A stretch of 15,659 nucleotides of DNA from Nitrososphaeria archaeon (GTDB lineage Archaea; Thermoproteota; Nitrososphaeria; JACIWG01): positions 1-15,659 of the forward strand of contig JBEKIG010000028.1 in the NCBI GenBank assembly GCA_050011875.1, written 5' to 3'. Positions within the stretch are counted from its first letter, which is position 1. Each line of letters opens with the position of its first letter. A program made the position numbers and the translations under genes. This document shows positions 1-6,483 of this stretch, piece by piece. The notes beneath the pieces are model-generated. The model did no database searches, was not told where the DNA came from, and saw only the letters and a program-made list of their open reading frames with translations.

Positions 1-119
1 TTGAACTATAAATGTTGCAAACAATAAAACAAAGTATTTGTAAGACATATTTATCCCTATTGTTTATGGGTTGTTACTCGATCATTTTATTTTAATATCA
101 CTAGCGATATACTGCAAAC

Positions 120-213
120 AGCGTGAGGGTAGAATCGCTATCTACATTCAGCGTTTAAGCAAGATCGCTCCTTGCATTCGGGTGTTATTTGCCTAGGCCA
201 TCACCCAGTCTAG
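120..213 (+). ncRNA. Three tandem hairpin/pseudoknot-like units in the capsid 5' leader
   Basis: Stems GTAGA/TCTAC (129-145), GCAAG/CTTGC (159-175) and CTAGGC/GTCTAG (193-213). Loop segments CGCT, CGCT and CACCC are complementary to upstream AGCG (120), AGCG (150) and GGGTG (180). Units are linked by ATTC. Confidence 0.6.
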
Positions 214-254
214 AAAGTCTATATACTTCATGGTTCTTTATAGGAGCATTAAAA

Positions 255-2991
255 ATGCCTATAACAACTACAAGCACATTGCCAGCGCCTAAACCAAGCT
301 GAATACGGGCGCGTTAAACTAGGAATGATTACATGGAAAGTCTAAACATAAATACGAAACTCTGTTATACTGATATAGGTACGGCAGACTATTTCATTTG
401 GGAGTATTTATGCAAGATAACCAGAGGCAAACGCATACAGATTGGGCGTATATTGCAGGAATTATGGATTCTGATGGGTGTTTTATGATAACGAGACATA
501 AAAGAAAAACACAAAGAAAAAATTATCCTCATATGGTTGAGGGATGGTCTTGGACTTATATGCCCTCAGTTAAAGTAGCTATGATAAATCACGAAGCGAT
601 AGAATTTATTGTAGAAAAAACCCAAGCAGGTACGTGTAATCTTTATGGCGCTCGACCTTCGAGACCCAATTCTCATCCGATGTATGAATGGGGAATAAGA
701 AATCGCAAGCAGATAGTACCATTTATTGAAAATATAATGCCTTACTTAAAAGTTAAAAAACAACGGGCGCAATTCTTATTAGATTACTGTAAAAAAGCAC
801 AATATTTGGAAACTAATGCTGCTAAATATTATGGGTTAAGTAAGGAAGAGCTAGAATACAGGGAAAGTTCTTATCAACAGATGAAAGAACTCAATCGTAT
901 TAAAGTAGCCGCAACGACTAAGTTTCCTGGGCCCGTGAGGGCATGCGATAGTCTTATCTCATAAGAAATTATGAGAGGGAGGAATAACAAGACTCTCCGC
1001 TGCGATGCCGATAGCTAACATGATACACAAAATTCGCAGTCATCAAGTAAAAGAGTGGTGCAGCAATCATTCAGTTATAAATTGCTGTCAGTGCCAGTGC
1101 CTAAACTTATTGGGCACTTAAAATCTTCTCTGATAGACTTGGAAGCCGAAGTGGTATTTAACTAACCGGTAACAAGGGGCAAGATTATGAATAAAGATAA
1201 TAAACGCGAAAAATGCGATGGTGTAGACATGGCAACAGGGTTGAGAGATTGTTGGAATTTCTTTTGCAAAAAAGATCACACTTGGCGTTTTTACGAACTT
1301 CATAATCAGCCTGAACGTAGCAAGCGAGAAGACTCTTGCAAGAAATTTCATTGTAAGAGATGCGGTGCTCTGAACACGATTCGATAAGGTCGTGAGGGAT
1401 AAGTAGAGAAAGTCCCCGCCTAGAAATAGGTCATAAAAGTAACAGATTGAATATGATCCACAAGATCCCAGCCATGCGTAAAAACATGCCTAGGAATGGT
1501 GGTACTACGCTTAGAATGAGACGATTGAGTTTAGTCGTCTTTAAATCTTCTCTAATTGACTTAGAAGCCTGAGTCCAAGGCGATAAGGGGCAAGCGCAAG
1601 CAGCCTGAACGACTTAACGAGAAGACCGAGGAAAAATGAAAAAAAGATTGAATTATAAATGTTTTTTCGATATATTATATATGAATTCATTTTGGCTGTT
1701 CCTTACGTCCAAAGTAAATTTAAAAGATATAACTAAGCTGTCAATGCAACCCTGACGGGCCGGCGACAGCTTTTTTTATTATTCAATTTTTCCTCGGATG
1801 CGAAAGTCTGAACTCGACAAATAGGGTTGTTGAAAGTCGAGAGGGAGATCCGAAGAGGTTTCCCCGCTTAAATAATAAGAGAAGATCGTGGGTTCGATTC
1901 CCACCAAGAAAAGCAAGATTTCTTGTAGCTGAGCGGTACAGCGCCTCATGTATTTAAGTCACAAAAGTAACAGATTGATAATCCGTTAAATACAGCTATG
2001 GTGCCATTAGGGACTACAGGGGTTACGCCTCCTGCGCAGCAATTGACGGCCATAGACATCGATGCGAAAATATCATTTTATGGGACGTTTGTTCAGCTCA
2101 ATGAACAAGTTACATTACAGAACCAAGATCCCGTTTTGAACGAATGCGCCGCACGTTTGGGTGTATCACTCCGTTAATGCAGACTGAAGATCAATTGACT
2201 AGAGATATGCTGGCAGCTACAGCAGGCTTTATCAATTGTACTGGCGGAGTTAACGGTAAGTGATTATTGCCGTTAAAAAATCTCTGGTGATTGACTTGGA
2301 CCCCGAAGCTTAAGAGCCGGAAACAAGGCGGAAGGCGAGAGCCACCGTGAACGACTAAGTCCAGAGAAGCCGAAAGGCTAAGCGATAGTCTGATCTCATG
2401 CGATAAGTATGAGAGGGCGATCCGAAGAGGTTGCCCCGCCTAGAAATAGGTCATAAAAGTAACAGATTTATGGATAATCCTACAGAGATCACCTTGCAAG
2501 ACTGCGATACTGTAACTCAAACTCTTTTGACTAACAATGCTTATACCATCATGGATAACATTGAAGGTGAAAATAAGTTCGGTACAGCTCCAGTCCGTGA
2601 TGCGTATTTTGCAATGACAAGTACGAAGTTAACTTCTGACTTGAACAACGTTAATACGTTCATACAGAAGAACCAATATCCTGCTCCAATGAATGCATTG
2701 CGTTCAGAGTGGGGCGCTGTGGGTAACCTTCGTTTCCTTGTCAGCTCAATCGGCTCAGTAACGCCTGCAGCTTCTGCCAACAGTGCAGATGTGTATAACA
2801 TCTTCTGCGTCGGCATGGAGGCCTATGCGTGCGTTGAACAAGACGGATATAGCGCATCTTTCATCTACCGTCCACCTATATATGACGGCCCACTCGCGCT
2901 TAACGCTTCAGTCGGATACAAATTCGCTGAAGTTCCTCGTATTACGAACGATCTGTTTATTATTAACCTTCGTGCAACCAAGAGATTTTAA
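255..2991 (+). CDS. Major capsid protein (N4 gp56-like, HK97 fold), spliced: join(255..290,1058..1102,1450..1525,1978..2174,2180..2257,2473..2991), 316 aa
   Basis: SD AGGAG 242-246, ATG 255. Joined exons read MPITTTSTLPAP|VQQSFSYKLLSVPVP|NMIHKIPAMRKNMPRNGGTTLRMRR(Y)|NPLNTAMVPLG...NEQVTLQNQDPVLNECAARLGVSLR|QTEDQLTRDMLAATAGFINCTGGVNG|DNPTEIT...EWGAVGNLRF...RATKRF. Total 951 nt, in frame. Every junction is U|...G|. Family assignment is from recalled sequence resemblance. Confidence 0.88.
363..371 (+). promoter_or_regulatory. Possible extended -10 promoter for the intron endonuclease
   Basis: TGnTATACT about 40 nt upstream of ATG 410. No convincing -35. Confidence 0.4.
410..964 (+). CDS. Single-motif LAGLIDADG homing endonuclease (184 aa; the ORF track starts at TTG 398)
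   Basis: Motif WAYIAGIMDSDGCF and C-terminal 'IMPYLKVKKQRAQFLLDYC' typical of the family. SD GGAG 401-404 before ATG 410. Located inside intron 1. Confidence 0.88.
   Translation: MQDNQRQTHTDWAYIAGIMDSDGCFMITRHKRKTQRKNYPHMVEGWSWTYMPSVKVAMINHEAIEFIVEKTQAGTCNLYGARPSRPNSHPMYEWGIRNRKQIVPFIENIMPYLKVKKQRAQFLLDYCKKAQYLETNAAKYYGLSKEELEYRESSYQQMKELNRIKVAATTKFPGPVRACDSLIS
1103..1449 (+). ncRNA. Group I intron 2 (347 nt)
   Basis: P1 AGTGCCT(1096-1102)/GGGCACT(1112-1118) with U-G. P3 TCTTCTC(1124-1130)/GAGAAGA(1326-1332). Variant P7 G(T)AGCA(1317-1322)/TGCTC(1366-1370). P8 1333-1341/1351-1359. Terminal G1449. Confidence 0.85.
1187..1387 (+). CDS. Small Cys/His-rich putative zinc-binding protein inside intron 2 (66 aa)
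   Basis: AAGGGG upstream. Pattern CxxxHxW...CKRCG, reminiscent of DUF1660-type small phage proteins. Starts in the P6 extension (stem 1183-1191/1299-1307) and reads through the core. Confidence 0.45.
   Translation: MNKDNKREKCDGVDMATGLRDCWNFFCKKDHTWRFYELHNQPERSKREDSCKKFHCKRCGALNTIR
1636..1755 (+). CDS. Possible 39-aa peptide in the P8 loop of intron 3
   Basis: GAGG SD then ATG; MKKRLNYKCFFDILYMNSFWLFLTSKVNLKDITKLSMQP*. No recognisable homology, and the SD is sequestered in P8. Confidence 0.25.
   Translation: MKKRLNYKCFFDILYMNSFWLFLTSKVNLKDITKLSMQP
1735..1777 (+). terminator. Intrinsic-terminator-like hairpin within intron 3
   Basis: AAGCTGTC(1735-1742)/GACAGCTT(1765-1772) enclosing CCC-TGAC-GGG, with a 7-T run at 1771-1777. 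Confidence 0.45.
1876..1950 (+). ncRNA. Circularly permuted tRNA-like domain (3' half before 5' half) in the P9 region of intron 3
   Basis: Variable loop AGATC; T arm GTGGG-TTCGATT-CCCAC (1888-1904); acceptor 3' strand CAAGAAA (1905-1911); linker AGCAAGA; acceptor 5' strand TTTCTTG (1919-1925); TA; D arm GCTG-AGCGGTA-CAGC (1928-1942). No anticodon loop. Confidence 0.8.
2175..2179 (+). other. 5-nt TAATG interruption of the capsid frame (candidate micro-intron or stop-start split)
   Basis: CTC CGT|TAATG|CAG ACT. Removal restores ...VSLR-QTEDQL... It follows U and ends in G, and is bulged from a 10-bp helix with 2241-2250. Confidence 0.8.
2258..2472 (+). ncRNA. Group I intron 4 (215 nt, compact, no ORF)
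   Basis: P1 TTAACGGT(2250-2257)/GCCGTTAA(2269-2276) with U-G. P10 GATTATT(2262-2268)/GATAATC(2473-2479). P3 TCTCTGG(2281-2287)/CCAGAGA(2361-2367). P7 GACTA(2353-2357)/TAGTC(2386-2390). P8 AGCC-GAAA-GGCT. Terminal G2472. Confidence 0.92.
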
Positions 2992-3000
2992 GGAGATATC

Positions 3001-3975
3001 ATGGTTAATATATTCAATGGTTCTTTTACTTCTACTGGTTCTGCTCAGTTTCTCAATATTCGTGGCGGCCTCGATACTATCGAAGTCTGGAACATGACAG
3101 AGTTGGCTGCTGCTAATGACAGCCATGGCGTAAGCTATGCATGGAATCTTGGCATGGGCTACAATGATGCTATTGTTACAATGCGTAACGCAGCAGCAAC
3201 TGCAGTCAATGCTACGACAGCAGCAACACTTACTGTTCCAGGATTTATAGTTTACGATGCTTCTACTCAAGTCAATGGCCCAACAATAGCCACTACTGAC
3301 TTTGGTACAACTGCTCATGTCGTGCTAACTGGCAATACTACCGGCGTATCAGTCGGCAGTATTATCCGTTTGCAGGAAATGACAGGTGCAAACCAAGTTA
3401 ATGGTATGGACTATACGGTTACAGCAGTTAACCCAGGCGTCAGTATGACTCTCGGCTATACTCCTGTAACTGTTGCAGCTGCTGGTGCCGGTGCCTATTT
3501 CACGGTGCCATTCAATAAGTGGTATCCACAAACCCGTTATATTGCATCCATATCACAAGCAGCGCAAGCTGTTGTTGTGTTCACTGTAACGCATGGATAT
3601 CAAGTAGGACAAGCGATTCGCTTCCATGTCGGATCATTTAACGGCATGAAGCAGATTGATGGGTTAGAGGGCAATATTGTTGCTGTTAATACAACTACCA
3701 ACTCGGTAACTGTTGATATTAATACAACAGCATTTACAGCTTTCGTATGGCCTACTACTGCAGTAGCCGCTGCACCGTTTACTCAAGCATATGTTAACCC
3801 GATTGGCATGGATAGTTCTTTGGCGTTAGCCCAAGTACCACCTGCTGATACATTAACTGATGCTATGCAGAATATCATGACCACAGGAATTATCCTTGGT
3901 GCTGGTATTACAAGCCCTGCAGGATCTGTAAACGACGTCATCTATTGGCGCGCTACTAGTTCTTTTAACCTTTAA
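3001..3975 (+). CDS. Virion structural protein (possible capsid decoration), beta-rich FCCH-like modules
   Basis: Strong SD AAGGAG. Immediately follows the capsid gene. Ala/Thr/Val/Gly-rich, with motif 'IASISQAAQAVVVFTVTHGYQVGQAIRF...GMKQIDG'. Confidence 0.7.
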   Translation: MVNIFNGSFTSTGSAQFLNIRGGLDTIEVWNMTELAAANDSHGVSYAWNLGMGYNDAIVTMRNAAATAVNATTAATLTVPGFIVYDASTQVNGPTIATTDFGTTAHVVLTGNTTGVSVGSIIRLQEMTGANQVNGMDYTVTAVNPGVSMTLGYTPVTVAAAGAGAYFTVPFNKWYPQTRYIASISQAAQAVVVFTVTHGYQVGQAIRFHVGSFNGMKQIDGLEGNIVAVNTTTNSVTVDINTTAFTAFVWPTTAVAAAPFTQAYVNPIGMDSSLALAQVPPADTLTDAMQNIMTTGIILGAGITSPAGSVNDVIYWRATSSFNL

Positions 3976-3982
3976 GGTTTAT

Positions 3983-4004
3983 GGGGGGCATAGCCCCCCT
4001 CTTT
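3983..4004 (+). terminator. GC hairpin, possible weak terminator or processing stem after the head genes
   Basis: GGGGGC-ATA-GCCCCC followed by CTCTTT; short U tract. Confidence 0.45.
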
Positions 4005-4019
4005 AACTTAGGAGAAATC

Positions 4020-4439
4020 ATGGAAGTTGCAGCACAAACCACAGATTATACAAAGAAACCAGCTAAATCAGACAAAAAGGTCAATCTCAAGTACCAACAT
4101 GATAAAGATCGCGAACCAGTTCGTGGTATCTTCAGATTCTATGAATGTGCCGGCGCTCCACTCAGTTTTGTTTATAAGGCATATAAAGAAGATGATGTTG
4201 AACGATTTGATTTAACAGATGGTTGTATTTATACAATACCGCTAGGAGTTGCGAGACATCTTAACAAGTCTGGACGTTATCCTATACATGCATTCAAACA
4301 AGATGAAGCAGGAAATGTAAGTTCCCATATTGGCAAGAAAGTTGCTCGTTATGGGTTCCAGAGTTTGGAATTTGTTGATATCTCAGATGTAGAAGCCACT
4401 GGTTCTGACGGTATCATCGAAGTAACCGAGGCTCCATAA
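4020..4439 (+). CDS. Hypothetical phage protein (139 aa)
   Basis: SD AGGAG precedes ATG 4020; the track start at 3981 lies in the hairpin. The stop overlaps the next start (TAATG 4437-4441). Confidence 0.75.
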   Translation: MEVAAQTTDYTKKPAKSDKKVNLKYQHDKDREPVRGIFRFYECAGAPLSFVYKAYKEDDVERFDLTDGCIYTIPLGVARHLNKSGRYPIHAFKQDEAGNVSSHIGKKVARYGFQSLEFVDISDVEATGSDGIIEVTEAP

Positions 4440-4807
4440 TGGCTGAACCATTAATTCCTGCGTATCCTCATCCTCAATTTCAACCTGCAATGCGCATCAT
4501 AACCGCCATTACCAATGGCTTTCCTGCTGTAGTAACTACTTCTTTTGCCCATAATTACTTAACAGGACTCGTCGTCCGTCTAGATATACCAGATGATTAT
4601 GGCATGGTGCAAGCAAATCAGCAATTCGGCCCGATAACTGTACTCAGTGATACAACATTTTCTATACCAATAGATACAACTTTTTTTGATGCTTTTGTGG
4701 TTCCTTCATCGGCTGTAATCTCCACATTAGCACAGGCTGTTCCAATGGCTGAAGTAAGTTCGCAATTATATCAGGCTGTGCGCGATGTTGCACCATATAT
4801 ATATTAG
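4439..4807 (+). CDS. Small virion protein with FCCH-like beta module
   Basis: 'IITAITNGFPAVVTTSFAHNYLTGLVVRL...GMVQAN' resembles the module in 3001..3975. Translationally coupled to the upstream gene. Confidence 0.7.
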   Translation: MAEPLIPAYPHPQFQPAMRIITAITNGFPAVVTTSFAHNYLTGLVVRLDIPDDYGMVQANQQFGPITVLSDTTFSIPIDTTFFDAFVVPSSAVISTLAQAVPMAEVSSQLYQAVRDVAPYIY

Positions 4808-4815
4808 GAGTTGCC

Positions 4816-5877
4816 ATGCCATTACCACCTACAGCGACACCAAGCTCGACACTGGAAACTATAAAGATAAAAGTTAGAAGATTGACCCGATCTCCTTCTG
4901 AAGCTCAATTATCAGATGCAGATCTTAACCAATATATTAATACATTCTTGATCTACGACTTTCCACAGCATCTACAGCTCTTTGATCTGAGAACAACATT
5001 TACCTTTTTTACTGAACCTTTTATAGATACCTATAGTACTAATACTACTGATTCTACAAGCCCGTTCTACGACTTTAATAACAAATATACATCTATTCAT
5101 GAGCCAGTTTATATTGCTGGATATCAGCAATTCTATACTCAGTCTCGCGAACAATTCTTTGGTATTTATCCAATGGTCAATTCTATACAATCCATTGGCG
5201 CAGTTGGTGACGGCGTAACGACAACTTTTACAGGAGTGATTAACTTTGGCGGCTATACGGGTGCTATTCAGCCTAATCCTACAATTGGACCAGCTTTATT
5301 ACAGAACAACGTCTTGTTTAGTTCCGTTGATATCAATGGTGACGGGTGCAATCTTAATGATGTACCTGTATCGGCGACTTTAGGAAACTTAGTTGGAACA
5401 GCAGGCGCGGGCACTAATACAATAAATTATACAACAGGAGCATTTGATATTACTTTTGCAGTAGCTCCAGCTATTGGCGCACCAATTAACTCCCAGACTA
5501 TTCCATATCAACCAGCTTTACCTCAGGCAGTACTTTATTACGATGATACATTCACATTGCGTCCAGTTCCTGACCAGCCATATAGAGTGAACTTGGAGGC
5601 CTATGTGCTGCCTACAGTGTTGCTCGCTAATAATACAGCTCCCGATATCCAACAATGGTGGCAATATATAGCTTATGGTTCAGCAAAAAAGATATTCGAA
5701 GATCGCATGGATCTGGAATCTGTTCAGCAGATAATGCCAGAATTCAAGATGCAGGAATCGCTGGTGATTCGTAAGACTATAAAACAATATACCAATGAAC
5801 GAACTGCAACTATATATACTGAACAAACTGGTGGTCTAACGAGCGGTGGATTCGGTTGGGGTTCAGGTAACATTTAA
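4816..5877 (+). CDS. Putative head-tail adaptor / tail tubular protein
   Basis: SD AGGAG. N-terminal 'LETIKIKVRRLT...LNQYIN' and C-terminal 'LRPVPDQPY.V...QYIAYG.A' pattern typical of podovirus adaptors; gene position fits. Confidence 0.6.
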   Translation: MPLPPTATPSSTLETIKIKVRRLTRSPSEAQLSDADLNQYINTFLIYDFPQHLQLFDLRTTFTFFTEPFIDTYSTNTTDSTSPFYDFNNKYTSIHEPVYIAGYQQFYTQSREQFFGIYPMVNSIQSIGAVGDGVTTTFTGVINFGGYTGAIQPNPTIGPALLQNNVLFSSVDINGDGCNLNDVPVSATLGNLVGTAGAGTNTINYTTGAFDITFAVAPAIGAPINSQTIPYQPALPQAVLYYDDTFTLRPVPDQPYRVNLEAYVLPTVLLANNTAPDIQQWWQYIAYGSAKKIFEDRMDLESVQQIMPEFKMQESLVIRKTIKQYTNERTATIYTEQTGGLTSGGFGWGSGNI

Positions 5878-5889
5878 TAAGGAAATAAA

Positions 5890-6474
5890 ATGGCTTACAT
5901 AGCAAATATTCCAGCAGCTGCCGATCAGATATCAGCTTCGCAGGGACAGATTCAGGGCAACTTTCAGTCTATCGGTACTGTATTTGATCAGAACCATGTA
6001 GATTTTAATGCCGGTGCAGGAACAGCAGGACAACATACATTCGTGCAACTACAGCCTCAAGCGCCAACTCCTGCTTTTGCAGGTATTCCAGGATTCTGGG
6101 CTAGCACTGCGGCAGGCAATCCTATTATGGCGCATTCTGCTGCGGGAATTGATTTTGATATTACAACATTAGTTAATTCTATAGTTACTGGCGGTATAGG
6201 CCAAGGTTCTCTCACATTGCCTTGTGGATTGATTGTTAAATTTGGCAAAAATCAAGGTTCTGGGACTGGGATAGATACTATAACTTTCACTAATCCATTT
6301 TCTGCAAATGGTCAATGTGCAGCATTCGTAAGCGTTATATCTACTAATATGCCTGCAATATCTAATGCGGCAGTTTATTCATTGACCAATACAACATTGC
6401 GAGCAAAAGCAACTAACTATGCAGGCACTGCTTATAATAATGCCTATTATTATTGGTTTGCTGTAGGTGTATAA
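5890..6474 (+). CDS. Putative short tail fibre-like protein
   Basis: SD AAGGA. C-terminal 'LTLPCGLIVKFG...TITFTNPF...YWFAVGV' resembles gp53-like fibre tip domains. Confidence 0.6.
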   Translation: MAYIANIPAAADQISASQGQIQGNFQSIGTVFDQNHVDFNAGAGTAGQHTFVQLQPQAPTPAFAGIPGFWASTAAGNPIMAHSAAGIDFDITTLVNSIVTGGIGQGSLTLPCGLIVKFGKNQGSGTGIDTITFTNPFSANGQCAAFVSVISTNMPAISNAAVYSLTNTTLRAKATNYAGTAYNNAYYYWFAVGV

Positions 6475-6483
6475 GGAGATATC

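Larger units (their letters stand above)
291..1057 (+). ncRNA. Group I intron 1 (767 nt), carries homing endonuclease
   Basis: P1 GCGCCT(285-290)/GGGCGC(307-312) with U290-G307 wobble. P3 CTAGGAA(319-325)/TTCCTGG(924-930). P7 GACTA(916-920)/TAGTC(949-953). Terminal G1057. P10-like pairing of GCTG..TAC with the 3' exon GTGCAGC. Confidence 0.9.
1526..1977 (+). ncRNA. Group I intron 3 (452 nt, phase 1)
   Basis: P1 AGACGAT(1519-1525)/GTCGTCT(1534-1540) with U-G. P3 1546-1552/1619-1625. P7 GACTT(1611-1615)/AAGTC(1804-1808). P8 base 1626-1636/1787-1797. Terminal G1977. Splicing restores the Tyr codon T|AT. Confidence 0.88.

Noticed and set aside
1-119. Sigma70 promoter for the capsid operon
   Set aside because: Several AT-rich partial matches (e.g. 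TATACT 108-113) but no convincing -35 at proper spacing.
120-213. CRISPR-like repeat array
   Set aside because: Only three units of about 30 nt, with conserved structure rather than sequence, no unique spacers and no cas genes.
1876-1950. Canonical tRNA gene or attP-type tRNA 3' fragment
   Set aside because: The halves are in permuted order, there is no anticodon loop or CCA, and both halves are present; no integrase is in the window.
2431-2472. ORF-track N-terminus MPRLEIGHKSNRFM for the capsid fragment
   Set aside because: It is the 3' end of intron 4 and is nearly identical to the end of intron 2; the true exon starts at 2473.
291-2472. Group II introns, inteins or a diversity-generating retroelement
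   Set aside because: No GUGYG/AY boundaries, no reverse transcriptase and no in-frame intein motifs; group I P1/P3/P7 signatures explain the inserts.
255-2991. Capsid pseudogene
   Set aside because: All interruptions follow U|...G| rules with intact pairings, and the exons show no other lesions.
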